DNA from: Minutocellus sp. GHC0000111
Taxonomy: Eukaryota
Length of the DNA stretch: 64,000 nucleotides
Direction: 5' to 3'
Assembly: GCA_977018835.1 (NCBI GenBank)
Contig: OZ361257.1
Coordinates: forward strand, 4,030,001-4,094,000
The notes beneath the pieces are model-generated. The model saw only the letters and a list, made by a program, of their open reading frames with translations. It made no database searches and was not told the DNA's origin. Within the stretch, counting starts at the first letter, position 1, and every line of letters begins with the position of its first letter. The translations under genes were made by a program, and so were the position numbers. This document shows, piece after piece, positions 11,443-24,187 of this stretch.

Positions 11443-12639
11443 ATGGGAAGTCATTGTAATAGCCTCGCGACAATCGCTTTCGGGGGCACATTGGCCTTCA
11501 TTTATTTGTCTTACCGTCAGCATCTGAAATACAGTTCCCGCCAGAATTGCGACCCTGGGAATGAAGATGAGCAGGAGGTGAGAGGTGGACCCACTGCTTC
11601 GAACGAGACGGCGCCAAATGCCAACGTCAGCGGCCCGCCACCATCAATGTCGGCGGATACCTCCGCTGAGGTGGAATCGCTGCTGCCAGGCCATGTCAAA
11701 CGGGAGATACTGAAGGAACAGCGCCGCAGGAAGAAGATGGAGGGATTTTCTTGCAAGAAGCCGGTTTATGACAACATGCGAATGTACGACCCGCGAGATC
11801 GGCTACTCTGTACTATCTCGAAGAAGAAGGCGAATTGGTACATCAAGAAAGACCTCGCCAACTGGGCGAACGATGATCAGACTGCAATTCGACTCAATTT
11901 TGAGCCAAAGAATGTGGTGGATCGAGATCAGGATCAGATTGATAATTCAGCAAAGGGCGCAACATCCCCTTCGTTTGCCGGGGAGAGTGCCGATGATGCG
12001 GTATATTTGAAATCGAGCAAAATGAATCGTTGCTGTTGCTGCGGGGCCGACAAGCACATTAGACGGCATTACGTTGTGCCTCATGCATTCAGAAAACATT
12101 TCCCGTCTCAATTCAAATCGCATTTGTCATCAGACATTGTCATTTTGTGCGGCTCCTGTCATTTGACATGCGACCAACACTATCAGCATCGTGTGAAGGA
12201 AATGGAGGAGGAGTGCAACGTCGATGAGAAGACAGGGCTGCCCATACCTCACGAACCACCGCATCTGGTTGATAAAATGCAGTACCATGTACGGAGCTGT
12301 GCCCTTGCCTTATTGAGATGGCGAGGACGCCTTCCTGCCGATAAGATTGAAACATATGAGCGTGTGGTCTGTGACTATCTGGGAATTGCATTGACAGAGA
12401 ACTTTGATGCCAATATCGAACTGACGCCCGAACGGTTGCAACAAGTGATTGATGTTGATTACCGAAAGCCAAATCCTTTATATTTGCCGGGTCCGGAGCG
12501 AATAGTGTCTAGCCTCCAAAACGACGAAGCGCAGATAAAGAATTTCGTCATTCAATGGAGGAGATACTTCATTGATATCATGGCACCTTGTCACCTTCCC
12601 AAGGGATGGGGCATTGACCTCGCAGTGAAGTCAAACTGA
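11443..12639 (+). CDS. EXD2 C-terminal (HNH-like, Cys/His) domain protein with N-terminal membrane anchor; no 3'-5' exonuclease domain
   Basis: YDNMRMYDP..LLCTISKKKANWY, IRLNFEP, NRCCCCG..RRHYVVPHAFRKHFP..KSHLSSDIVILCGSCH, FVIQWRRYF...LPKGW. Confidence 0.75.
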   Translation: MGSHCNSLATIAFGGTLAFIYLSYRQHLKYSSRQNCDPGNEDEQEVRGGPTASNETAPNANVSGPPPSMSADTSAEVESLLPGHVKREILKEQRRRKKMEGFSCKKPVYDNMRMYDPRDRLLCTISKKKANWYIKKDLANWANDDQTAIRLNFEPKNVVDRDQDQIDNSAKGATSPSFAGESADDAVYLKSSKMNRCCCCGADKHIRRHYVVPHAFRKHFPSQFKSHLSSDIVILCGSCHLTCDQHYQHRVKEMEEECNVDEKTGLPIPHEPPHLVDKMQYHVRSCALALLRWRGRLPADKIETYERVVCDYLGIALTENFDANIELTPERLQQVIDVDYRKPNPLYLPGPERIVSSLQNDEAQIKNFVIQWRRYFIDIMAPCHLPKGWGIDLAVKSN

Positions 12640-12864
12640 GGATTTGGGTTAGAGAAGAATTGGGATGCGGGTGGGTAGAATGAGAAGCACTCGTCAAGCC
12701 TACTGCAGGGGCTCGTGTTTGCCATTTCTACGCAAGTAAATGAAGGAAGCTGCAACGATTTCTAGCTTCAACGATTGCTTGCATTATGGTTGTTACTGGC
12801 GCAGTGTCAGCCCCTCCCAGTGCGTAGAAAGAACCATTGGATCAGCTATCGATAAATAATTGTC

Positions 12865-15692
12865 TCACTCGGTTCTGCTTCGACCCCGGCCTCGTCCGCG
12901 CCCTCGTCTCAACATTGGCCCTGGATGATGAACGTTGGCAGGTAATTGTGGTCCTACAGATTTCTCGCGCTCGGTAAGTCCTGCGCCTCCTAAGGTTTCG
13001 TGAGTTTCCGAAGTCGCCCCTTGATTTGCTACCATTGCTTCTTGTGTGGCAGATGCTGCACTCAGAACAGCTCGTCGATGCCTTTCAGACATTCCGTCCA
13101 AGTATCGTTCAATGCGGACACCAATAATTTGGCTGGCCTGTAATGCAAGTTCCTTGGCCGCCTCACGTACGTCGGCGTCTTTATGAGAGATTGCGTGCTC
13201 GGAGAAACATTCCATAAGTGCCTCAACCGGGATGCCGTGGTTTGGCCCAAACTCGTAAAGCAAAGTCTACGTACCGGCACGAGAGGGTGGGGATGGGAAT
13301 GGGGTGGGAAACATTTTGAGATAAGAGAATAAATTGACTCTATACACAAATCAGAGACGAGGTGTACCACCGTTCCAGGTAGCAATTATACTCTACATCT
13401 ACTCACCTGCGCCACTTTCATCCTGGCGATAATGGCTCTGGCGGTCCTCATTTCTGACGTACGTTTCGTGAGTAGGTGAGCAATGTGTGCTGGACCAATC
13501 GATTGCGACAAAGCCATGGAAAGGAGAGCGGTTTCGGCACCCTCTACAACCTTATTCTTGCTATCGCCTAGATGGCTCACTAGGCACGGCGTTATGACAG
13601 ACAGATGCGAAAGTACTTCCTTTGATGTCATGCCGCTCTGTTCAAACTCGCTTATGCAATCGTCCAACAGAAGAAGAGACGCAACGAATACAGGGATGAC
13701 CCTATCGTTCATGGCTCGTTCCAACATGATACAACATGTTCGAAGATAGTAAGAGGAAGGATGCACCGTATCTTTTACGGGAGAAGACATTTCATCCTGC
13801 TGTTGCTGGCCCATTTCGGGGAGCATGAGAGACACCTTTGCCAGAGCCGCCTCTCGCAAGGCGTAATTTTTTGAGAAGAAGCATTTTGTGATGTAGCTAC
13901 CAACGAGACTCTCAATTCTTGCGATTGTATCTGTCGCTATTCCCTCACCCTCGTTATTGATGTTCTCCGGGGCAGGCAACGCCATGTAATCCGAGACACC
14001 CTTGAGAGGATGATTGTCCTCATTGTACATGTATTCTTCTTCTACATCGGGGGTATTTTCACCATGGTGCAGCTTGGAAGTAGCGGCGGCAGAGTCAATC
14101 GAAAAGGAGTCGCTGTCACAGCCATTGTCTTGTCTGTCGTAAGGTGATGCCACAAAACAAGCTTGTGTGGCAGTGTTTTGTGCAGAATCGTCTCCAGTGG
14201 CGAATGATTTTGGGGGCATCGGCTTATCGCATGTACGAGCCGAATCTCTCTCGGCATCTGCCTGATTTGATGTCCCAGTAGAGTGCTCTCGGATGTCGGA
14301 TTTTGCCGCATATCTGCGCTGTGGTGTCCGCCGGGTGGTGGAGATGTTGCTTCTGCGATGAGATCCTGCCTTGCTACTTGTTCCTTGACCTCTGGAGGCG
14401 CTACAAGGCGATCATTTCTCCCAATGATCTTGACGACGCTGCTCTCCGCGTCTTCCAGGGAGTGCATTGCTTCGACCCTCGCTGTATCACGTTGGCTCTT
14501 GAGATTCATGGCCTCACCATAGTCTTCTTTCTCCGACGCAAGGCGCATACAAGTCTCCAAATTGCTCAGCTTCGAAAAGCTTTTCTTGGCTTCATCAACG
14601 ACAACTTTGATCCGAGCTGCTCTCTCAAAGTCTTCCACCGCTGCGAGCTGAAGCTTGATCTGATCGAGCTGATCCAACCGTCTGTGCACTTCGTCATTGG
14701 TGCGTTTCCTTCGTTCCGTCAATTCTTGTGCCGATGGTAAAGGATTTGATAGCGAAGGTGACGATGGCGGTGATGCCGTATTTTGAGAATCCAAAGGTCG
14801 AGGCTCTACTGGCGGCGATGATATGGCTATGGTTGACGGAACTTCGATTTTAGCGTCTGGCACTTCATTACTAGTAGAGTCCAAGGCTGGCTGTGATTGG
14901 TTGGGTTCAGAAGTATCAGAAGAGGAGAGGTCTTCGTCGTCGCCATGGTCGCTCGTGCTCGTGTTGCCACTGCCAGTTCTAGATCGGATGCTGCCAGTAC
15001 ATGCATCGCGAGTACGAGCGCCACCAGTGGCAGCACTGTCACCGACTTCGACTTCGCGACTGTCCTCCTTCTGCTCGTCCATATTCTCCTCCTCCTCCTC
15101 CTCCTCCTCAGCTTCGGATAGATCATTGACTTGCGACATGTCTACCACTTGATCGCTACTACCATCTTTACGAGTAGAACTTGCGCTGTGACCAATCAAT
15201 TCAAGTCCGACGAGCGCCACTTGATTGTGTACATTGAGTTCGTTGGGATGGGAAGAATGAAGGCGTAACTTGACGAAGTATGCCTTTTGACCTCCTAGGG
15301 ATACCGTCTTCAATTCACGAGCAGAATAGTTGGACTCAGCATTCTGCGAAAATGCAACATATCCGAGTTTTGTAATGTTGGTGCACTCGTCAAAGCTTCT
15401 TGCAGGGTCTACTAGTAGTCTCTCACCATCGTTGTCGGCATTATTGGAAGCAACGATGATTTCAATTTTCTGCGGGATGAGATACTCATGAGCCAGAAGC
15501 TCTATTGTGTGTATCGAGCAAGGACCGTCACCAAGTCTCAGCACGACATCTTGCAAGAGTTCATCGGAGAGAGGACTGCATTGCCATCCGTTTCCACTTT
15601 CCCTCTACTAATTCAGACGCAGGATGGGCCGAGTGTTCGCTAGTTACATATTCTACCTCGAAAGCAAGCGGTTCGAGAATGTGATTTGTCAT
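12865..15692 (-). CDS. CEP104: CEP104-like ciliary-tip/centrosomal protein (jelly-roll, coiled coil, TOG); two apparent frameshifts
   Basis: LAFEVEYVTSEHSAHPASEL/GNGWQC; IELLAHEYLIPQKIE; LGYVAFSQNAESNYSARELKTV; KLQLAAVEDFERAARIK; FFSKNYALREAAL; intron 13267-13406; frame breaks at ~15605 and ~14050-14300. Confidence 0.8.
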
Positions 15693-16046
15693 GTTTGTTT
15701 TCCTAGCCTATCTAGCTAGAGCTACCTACGATCGTACCTAGCTAGGTACAGGTCCACGACCGAGTGGGTGTTGGTGCTGCTAGGCTAGAATAATGAGCGA
15801 GATGCTTTCCTTGGAAATAAATAATCAAATCAAATCAACGATCGTATCGAGAATCACGATTGTACCCCTCCTAAGAATCAATGAGCTTGATCTAAATTAA
15901 ATTGTTTTCCAAACTAAGTCGTGGCAAAATAAATGTATCTACCATTCTAGAGTTATGATCTCTACCCGACCATGAGCTCTATTATCCTTCTTGTCCCAAG
16001 TTAAGTTTGCAACAGTGATTCTTTTCTACCCTGCAGCTTTTAACGT

Positions 16047-19000
16047 TTACGTCTCATAATCAACTTCGACATCAATGACGCGTTGCAGCCGAAAATTGCC
16101 AAATCCATCCAGATGTTCTGCACCGGCACCAAAATCATTGCTCGTCCCGACTTGTATCTCCATGTCGTCGTTTTCCACAACAACTTCGCCGACCATCTTG
16201 TCTCGAATCAGTGCTGATCGGAGCAATGGCGATGATCCGCCAGGAGTTGATATGTACAGACCTTTCAATTCGCCGGCCTCGATCGCAATGGGGCTGTCAA
16301 AAATATCCAGGGGTACACTTGTAGTGGTACCAGTAGTGGAAGTTTTCACTCGAACAACACCAGTGATATTCCATTCATCTGGCGATTGTTCATAACCTAT
16401 GTGACTACCATCTCGTTCATAGATGTGGAAGTTTGTAAGCTGCGTTGATGGTGACTCAAGATTCAAATTCAGGGATTTCAAGGTTATCTTCTTGTCCTTG
16501 GCGCGGATATTGAACATGGAGCCGTTTGAAGTGGAAAACGAAAGCTGCCCAAGGACTTCTTGGGTGGAAAGCGAATGGTACCCAAGGAAGGCTTGCGTTT
16601 GTATTGGAGCAATTGTGGGTGACAATGAAGATGACGCACCGTCTTGGAGGCGATCATACGGAGAGTGTCGCTTATACTTGACGCGGATGTTTGCCATTCG
16701 TTGAGGATATGCAGTTGAAAAATTGGGATCAGCGCCTGCGCCAACGAGAATCTGTAAATCACGGTTCTCGGAATAAACTGACCCAACCGTTTCCTCGACG
16801 GCAGAGTAGCGCAGATCTCTGTGTGACACCATATCGATATAAATACCCTTGGTTTGTCCACCTCGAATCATTAAGCGGGGTATCTCAGTGGGCGTCGCAA
16901 TCCCTGATCCTCGGCCTTGCACTCCCTTGATCTGTACGCCCGACCATTCCCACGGAGATCGCTCTTTCCCCTGCCAGGTACCGTCTGTTGAATACACCCA
17001 TATATCAAACGCAGTTTTGAGTGGGGTATGGATGTAGAATGTTTGCACTTCAAGCCCCTCTTTTGCAACAAGATCAAAGTAGGTACCGGAATTTCGAACT
17101 CCTCCGATGAATAAGGAATCAAGATGACCATAAATGGTTGTATCACTTCTCCTCGGGGTTGGGTGAGGGTCTGTGGAGAAGCAACCGGAGCCGAAAACGG
17201 AAAATTTTTGGCTTGCCGTCGCCAAATTTGCGGCATTAATCTTTATTCTCCAGATGCCATCCGTAGTGACAGTCCAGCGCACTCTTTCGACCGTATTTTT
17301 ACGATCTTTCTGTGCCAGACCGTTTGAGTGCAGCACTTCACCATTTGGTCCTTCGACCCAGAGATCCAAATCATTAACAAGAGACTCCTTTGAACCAGCC
17401 TGAGCAGGAGGATCGTAGTAAGCTAAAGTTACACTGACAATCTTGTTGGAAGACCGCCCACCCAAAGGCGCAGTGTTGGAATTGCATTTTGTAGTATCCA
17501 CTTCAAAAGTGAATGTTTGGGCATCGGAGATCACCGCATTGTCAACAGCAAATGCGGAAAGATCGTTGATTCCTTGAAGTGGCAAGGTATTGGTCAGGTG
17601 GACCGCGCCGTGCCCTTGAGAGTTGTCGTAGGCTCTTGAGGTGCCTGCCACCTTTCCCTGTCGGGTAAATACGTGCGAAATCGAACGCCCAGAATTCATC
17701 AGGATTGCTTTGACAAGACTTCCGCTCGGGTCAAAGCCCTCCCCAGATCCTCGGTAGCCACCATCGAGGAAACCTTCACGAAGGTACTGTCGGACAAGCG
17801 CAGCAGCTCCAGACACTCCTGGAGCAGACATGGAAGTTCCGTCCATTGAACGCCATCCACAAGCGCCACCGGTGGAAGATTGAATACTGAAGCCGGGAGC
17901 CACCACATCAGGCTTGATTCTTCCATCGGCGGTGGGTCCTCTTGACGAGTAGCTCACCAATCTATCTCGACCCGCTCCATTCTGGTTGAAAGTGGCCCCG
18001 ACTGCAAGAGTAGACTTGCAGTCCGCTGGGGAATTGATTGTCCTCCATGAACCCATATTTCCAGCTGAAGCGACGTATAAAATATCTTCGTATTGGGCGA
18101 GTGCATCATCCATGTCCCTGCATTCGGCCGAATACACACCGCTTCCTTGTCGGCCCCACGAGCCATTGATCACTTTTGCCCCGTTTCCATGGTTGTAGAG
18201 GGAAGTGAAAAGACGATCGACGCCAGGATCAAAGCTACCGGATGCACTGATGGCAAAGTCGAAGACAGCTAGCTTGGCGTCCTCTGCGACACCATTCCCG
18301 ACTGGAGAGGTTCCCTGGAATGGTTTCCCTGCAATGGTTCCAGCGACGTGAGTGCCTACCAAGTGAAGGTCCAAAAAGCAAGGAGGCAGGCAAGCAAGCA
18401 AGCAAGCAATGAGCGTATAATTTCAGGATTTATGAGAACACAACAGATGTCACAAAAACATTTCCATCCAATAATATCTCACCATGCCCGGAGTTATCTG
18501 TTCGATCATACCATACATCGTCGTAATGTAGGACCTTGGTCGCATCCATGTTCCAGCTGGTGCCGTAGATGGATCCACCTGTATTGGAAACATCGCGAAA
18601 GAAGCAATGATTGACGTTGACACCGGAATCTACAACTCCAACCACTTCTCCGTGGCCTGTGATGCCGGCGGCATTGAACGGTTTCTGAGCGCCGTTGCCA
18701 GATTGGACCAACCCTTGAACATTTCCGTTTGTACCATGCAACTCTATCGGTCTGTTGGTTGACACATCAACAACATGAGGATGTGCCGCCAGAGCTGACA
18801 ATAGGCTGCACACACAGGACGGGTTTCTGGCAGAATCATCTGAAGACATTGGTCCTTGGTCTGCCCCCCCTTCAGAAGAAGACTTTTGTTGCTCTGCATA
18901 TGGATTCAGGACAATCGTAAAACCTGCATTGCCGAAGCGCGCCTGGATGCCAAGCCGTTCAAACATCGACGCACACAAATGGTCCGCCTCCAAGCCCTCT

Positions 19001-20139
19001 TTCAATTCTCTAGACCAAAATTCAGCAATGTCGCCCTTTGGTCCAAGAGCTGATGCCACTGTCGAGGTCAGGGAAAAGATATCAGACAGGGATCTTTCAT
19101 GATCGGGAATGTAATCGTTCTGATTCGCTTTGCGAAGAGAGCCTCGGTCTTCCTCGAGTCTTCGTTGACGACGACGCCTATTTCCAACCAGGCCCCATGA
19201 CTTGATATCTTCGAGGATTTCCTGAGCTATCTGCAACGTCGACCGTGAAGTCGAGGCATACGAGTCGGCCAGGTCCGCACGTAGAGTCACATGAATGGAC
19301 CTCTCCCACGTTGCCTCCGCTGTCTCCTCGTCGTCGGCACTAGAAGGAATCATCCACTCTGGGTTGTAACACACCTCCGTCGGTAGCGACGGTTCCAATT
19401 TCATGGCGTCAACCAGTGGGATTACCTTGATCACAGCGTCGTCATTGTTTTCATCATCGCCGTCTAGATTATTTGCGAGTGCAATGGCCTCGTCAGCTGT
19501 GGTAGTGACAACGAAGCAGCTCTCCTTTTCCTTGTTGGAAACAACCACTACTTTGCTGCTCAATACGTGAAATCTGGGCAACAATACGTGAAGCCTTGCA
19601 TTTCCAGATGCTACCTTGGCATACGTGGAAGTAGAAATTGAGCTAGAGACACAGGCGAGGAATGGATAGGCATTGTGGGTATGAATCTGATGTGTTCTCT
19701 CGACGATTTCACCAGTGGCAACGGCACCAGCAATCGAATCTTCCGTGAGATCACCACCCTCAACTTTACCATCGACGAGGGTGGCCGCCTGATGGTGTGC
19801 CTGTTCCCACCCATGTCCGACGACTGCGCCCCACATTTGATGAAGGGCGTCGGTAACTACTAGACCGTCATCTCCGGTAGCGGCGGGTTGATCAGAGGGA
19901 TAAACGACGGTGCCCTCTCCAGAGCCGGGGCATAGTTGATCGACAGAGAAGAGGTCGTCAATGTGGGAAAATCTCAGTCGGGCGAAATCACATGCTGTTA
20001 TTGATGGCGGTGGAAGATCGGCCCCATCGCTGGTACCAATGGCAAAGGCGGAGCAGCAGATGAACAGAAGGAGAAAGAGACGCGAGCGGTGAGAAGTTGA
20101 CCATTGCAGGCCCACAGCCATCATCGTGGTGGTCTTCAT
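16047..20139 (-). CDS. Secreted subtilisin-like serine protease (S8, KP-43-like) with long prodomain and C-terminal beta domains
   Basis: Triad VVDSG / HG|THVAGT (split by intron 18356-18482) / GTSMSAP; SSRGPTADGRIKPD; KP-43-type NDLDL..NTVERV domain. Confidence 0.92.
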
Positions 20140-20605
20140 GGTGGCCGTGCAGACAGAAGACGTAGCGTCCCGGTGGCGTGATGGAATTACGAATGTCAAT
20201 GAGCATGGCGGTTGCCGGCGTCGCACCCTCGATGTGGAAATGGAAAGACATGTTGGGATTGTTTCTATTTATCTGCCAACGTCCGATTAGTCAGGTTGTG
20301 GAGAATGAAGCTGCGCCCTTCGCGCCCTCTCTTTCCCAGAAACTCGTACTCTCGGCGCCCACGACACTTAAGCTCATAACCCTTCAAGCAAGCTGTGCTC
20401 CATCCCGCTTCCATTTTTCATTGGCACTCCTGATTGAATAGTTTTCTGAATTCTTGCGACAACCATAAATTAGAGGAGTACAAAATTGCAGTACTGCTGG
20501 ACATGTCGATAAGTCAAGCAAGCGGCTATGAACGACGATACCTAGCTACGTAGCTAGCTAGAGGTACTACATGCAGTACGGCTTTTCCAGTCCGAATGCA
20601 CCCCA

Positions 20606-22546
20606 ATGGCACTGCATCAAGAACTCGCATCGCCCATCGTCGTCTTTGCTGAACAGCATGTTGATGATCAATCTCGACCAGTTCCAGACTCATCAGCGCT
20701 CGAACACGAAATTCTCAATGCCCGCATCCTGAACGCTACTCTGAATCGCCTTCAGCCGAACCAAACTCTCGTGATTGACGCAGACTACAATCTCCTCGGC
20801 GGAATAGTTGCACACAATTTGACCAACGTCACCGTGCGCCTTGATGGGCAGCTCATCTTTTCTCATCGGACTCGGCACTGGCCTCGATCGGCGGAAGCAG
20901 ACGAGAACGGCAGAACTGTTTACGAGTGTCTGCACTTCATCGATGCCACAAATGTGACGTTAACATCTTCGCGTCGCTCGCCTCGGGGAGGAACTTTGGA
21001 TGGTCAGGGATCGAGTTTGTGGGGTTTGCCATTGTTCGGCTATGTCCGCTACAACGAGGATCGTCCTCGTCTCCTTCGAATCACAAGAGGAACCGACATT
21101 GTCCTGGAAAATTGGTTGCTTCTCAACTCACCGTACTGGTCCACCTTGTTCGAGGAAATGAATGGATTGGTAGTTCGACATGTCGGAGTGATGGCCCGAC
21201 GAACAAACTCGGATGGTCATTCGCTCCTTGACCTCACAGCTTTCAACACCGATGGCTTAGACATCACCGGTCGCAATGTTCATGTTCACGACACCAATAT
21301 CTGGGTACAGGACGATGCAATCGCGGTGAAAGATGGACCTATTATCGGCGCTGAAGATAATGATGTCGACGATGCCGACACCACCGATGCAAATCGAGGT
21401 ATGATGAGAAGAAGCTCGGACATGCTATTCGAGAGGGTCAATGCGAGTGGACTTGGTCTAACGATCGGCTCGATCGGAAATTACAGCATTGTGCGCAATA
21501 TATCGTTTGTGGACTGTTATCTTCGAAAGCCTGTGAAAGGAATTTACAGCAAATTCAGAAAATCAAACTCTACCCTAATAGAAGATATTCGATTCGAAAA
21601 CATTACAATGGATGCGCCGCAGCAATTCGCTGTGTGGATTGGCCCAGCCCAACAAGCAGATTCCGTCAACATTTGTCATGCCAATCCTTGTAGCCTTTGC
21701 TGGCCATTTGTACCCGGTGCTGAGTGTTCTGGAGAGGTAAATGGCACATACAGGGACATTTTGTTCAAAAATATTCAAATTAACAAGCCAAAGAATGGAG
21801 GCGGGGTTATCATGGCATCGGCTGAAAACCCAATGCTCAATATCGTCTTTGACGGGGTCAAAATAGGCTGTGGGCCTCTGTATCATGAGGGGAATTTTGC
21901 TGATGCGTTTCCTCTGCTTCCTAGTAGTGACAAAATCTTCGACGTCCATGTCATCATTTTCTTGCTGGTGTGTTTCTTTGGAATATTGATTGCGGGCCGA
22001 GCGTGCTGGATGATATCTCGTATGGCTTGGAGCCAAACGAGATATCAACAAAGGGCAACTTTTGCTTTGGGGTTACTCGGCATCCCTATTTCGCTTGCTG
22101 CTGGACATACCGCCTACACTTCACTCGCTATGGGTAAAGTCGAGAATTATTTTGTATGCGAGGGCGTTCGTGGCAAAGCCATTGGTGATACTTTTCCAGT
22201 TCCGTCCTGTCTGGATGATCACACTGACAGCGTCGATGTTTATAGCAGAGTCGAATCATCGTGCCCAACACTGCACTTTTGGCAAGAACCACTCGGTGGA
22301 GCAATGATTTCCGCACTTTTCACTTGTGCAGTATGTATTTTGCCTATGTTGACTGGGCACCTGCACCTACGACAGCATCAGCCACATCAACGGTATGATC
22401 CAATCGACGGAGAAGTAGAAAATCTTTATGCATCTGGCAACCTCGCTTGTGAAGACAATACTGAAGATTGGACTGAAAATGAATCCGATACAGGAGTGGC
22501 AATGATTAGCTTGCGGGGAAGGGAACGCCAAGTCGACACTGAGTAA
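20606..22546 (+). CDS. Glycoside hydrolase family 28 (polygalacturonase-like) with C-terminal transmembrane segments
   Basis: LDGQG..W, RPRLL, LLNSPYW, FNTDGLD, QDDAIAVK, GLTIGSIG; three hydrophobic stretches near the C-terminus. Confidence 0.85.
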   Translation: MALHQELASPIVVFAEQHVDDQSRPVPDSSALEHEILNARILNATLNRLQPNQTLVIDADYNLLGGIVAHNLTNVTVRLDGQLIFSHRTRHWPRSAEADENGRTVYECLHFIDATNVTLTSSRRSPRGGTLDGQGSSLWGLPLFGYVRYNEDRPRLLRITRGTDIVLENWLLLNSPYWSTLFEEMNGLVVRHVGVMARRTNSDGHSLLDLTAFNTDGLDITGRNVHVHDTNIWVQDDAIAVKDGPIIGAEDNDVDDADTTDANRGMMRRSSDMLFERVNASGLGLTIGSIGNYSIVRNISFVDCYLRKPVKGIYSKFRKSNSTLIEDIRFENITMDAPQQFAVWIGPAQQADSVNICHANPCSLCWPFVPGAECSGEVNGTYRDILFKNIQINKPKNGGGVIMASAENPMLNIVFDGVKIGCGPLYHEGNFADAFPLLPSSDKIFDVHVIIFLLVCFFGILIAGRACWMISRMAWSQTRYQQRATFALGLLGIPISLAAGHTAYTSLAMGKVENYFVCEGVRGKAIGDTFPVPSCLDDHTDSVDVYSRVESSCPTLHFWQEPLGGAMISALFTCAVCILPMLTGHLHLRQHQPHQRYDPIDGEVENLYASGNLACEDNTEDWTENESDTGVAMISLRGRERQVDTE

Positions 22547-22705
22547 CAATTCAAAGTTAGAGCGCTATTACGGGTCTTGATGAAAACAATCGTATCTTGT
22601 TAGCTTTACTGTACATTTCCTCGTCCTACGTTCTACGCACCCTTCCGTTCCGCCATTCAATTGCCTGGCTCATTACTCGCTTAGCGTTCCACCGCTGGGT
22701 GGGGT

Positions 22706-24187
22706 TTATACCACTTGCTTCTCATCTTTTCTCTCCGGCTCATTCTTTTCTACAGCAGCCTCCTTCTTCTCCGAAGCGGCATCCTTCTTGTCAGCACGCA
22801 GCACGGCATCGGTGATCTCAGCCTCAGGTGATGCCTCGGCCGCAGCAGAATGGGTCTTCCCCGCACCACCAGTCTTTCCAATGGGAACCTCCGCCGATGC
22901 ATCTACTTCTACCGCATCAGCAGCGGCAGCGACAGGGATCGGATGCTGACATTCTTGCATCTTGGACAGCAACGCCGCACGGACCTTGTCGGCAATCTCC
23001 GCCTCCGACAATCCTTCGGTATCGATACTCTCATGGACGTGAATGTGCAACTTCCCGCCCCGGGCTGGACGGGGAACAGCGAATTGCCCGGCATCACCGC
23101 GTACGTGTTGGACAGACTGATGGGGACGATGGGGACCTTCGACTTGACCGCCATGGAAAAGATACCGCCCTTGAAATCGATCAGCCGACCGTCCGGTGAT
23201 CTCTGTCCCTCGGGGAAGGCCATGATCGGCACGCCCGACTTGAGCCAACCAAGTCCCTCCTTGAACGTTAGAAATTGGCTCTTTCGATCCTCTCGATTGA
23301 TCATGATGTGCTTTCCCTGTCATTATATATGCATGGGCGTGAGTGATGGTGTGGAGAATAAAGCAGTGAGTATTGATTTGGCCAAGACACAACAAAGAAA
23401 CATGGCACTGTACATATGGAGCAATGAGTTGTCGTCTCCACCACTAAACGATCATCGCAACAACTGGTATTGCATGTACTCACCCCCGTCAATTGCTGTC
23501 CGATGCAGGGGACCTTGCCCAGTTCGCCCTTGGCAATGAACTTGAAGACCGGGTCCAGCACCGTGCAGAGGACCGGGATGTCGAGCCAGCTGGCGTGGTT
23601 GGCCACGTACAGGCAGGCGCCCTGCCCCTCCCGCAACCGGTCGACGTCGCCGCTGAGGGTCGGCGTCGACATGGTGAGGGCGAGCCAAACCCGGGACCAA
23701 ACCTTGCCGGTGCCGTCGTAGATGGCCCGGTTGGGATCCCACTTGTTCAGATACTGGCCGTCGGTGTCGGCCTCGTAGGCGGCGTTGAGGACGTACATGA
23801 CGGCCGCCCAGAGCGGACCGGTGAGGACCGAAACGACAAAGGTCCAGAGGCCAAACAGGTTGACAACCTTGTCGCTGGAGCCCATCTTGAGCTTGGCGTA
23901 GGGCTTGATGTCCTCGTCGGCGAGGCGAAAGTCCTTTTCGAGGAAGGGCTTGAAGAACTCCAGGTTGGAATCGGCCGCCTTCAGTTGTAACGGTACTTGT
24001 ATTTGCCGCTGTTGGGAGGGACCATGACGACATCTCCGGTCAGAGGAGGACGACGCCGACGATTTCTGTGGTCGTCGATGCATCTGTTGCATCTGCTGCT
24101 GCTGCTGGGGCTGCTGCCGACCGTCAAAGGCCACCGCGCCATTGCCGCACTGCAGCAGAAGAAGGGCCACGCCTCCTGCCGTGACAT
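22706..24187 (-). CDS. plsC: 1-acyl-sn-glycerol-3-phosphate acyltransferase (plastid LPAT1/PlsC-like); frameshift at ~23054-23061
   Basis: YVANHASWLDIP, FKFIAKGEL, AFPEGQRS, FKGG, VPIVPIS; intron 23317-23483; leader ending VA-F. Confidence 0.9.
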
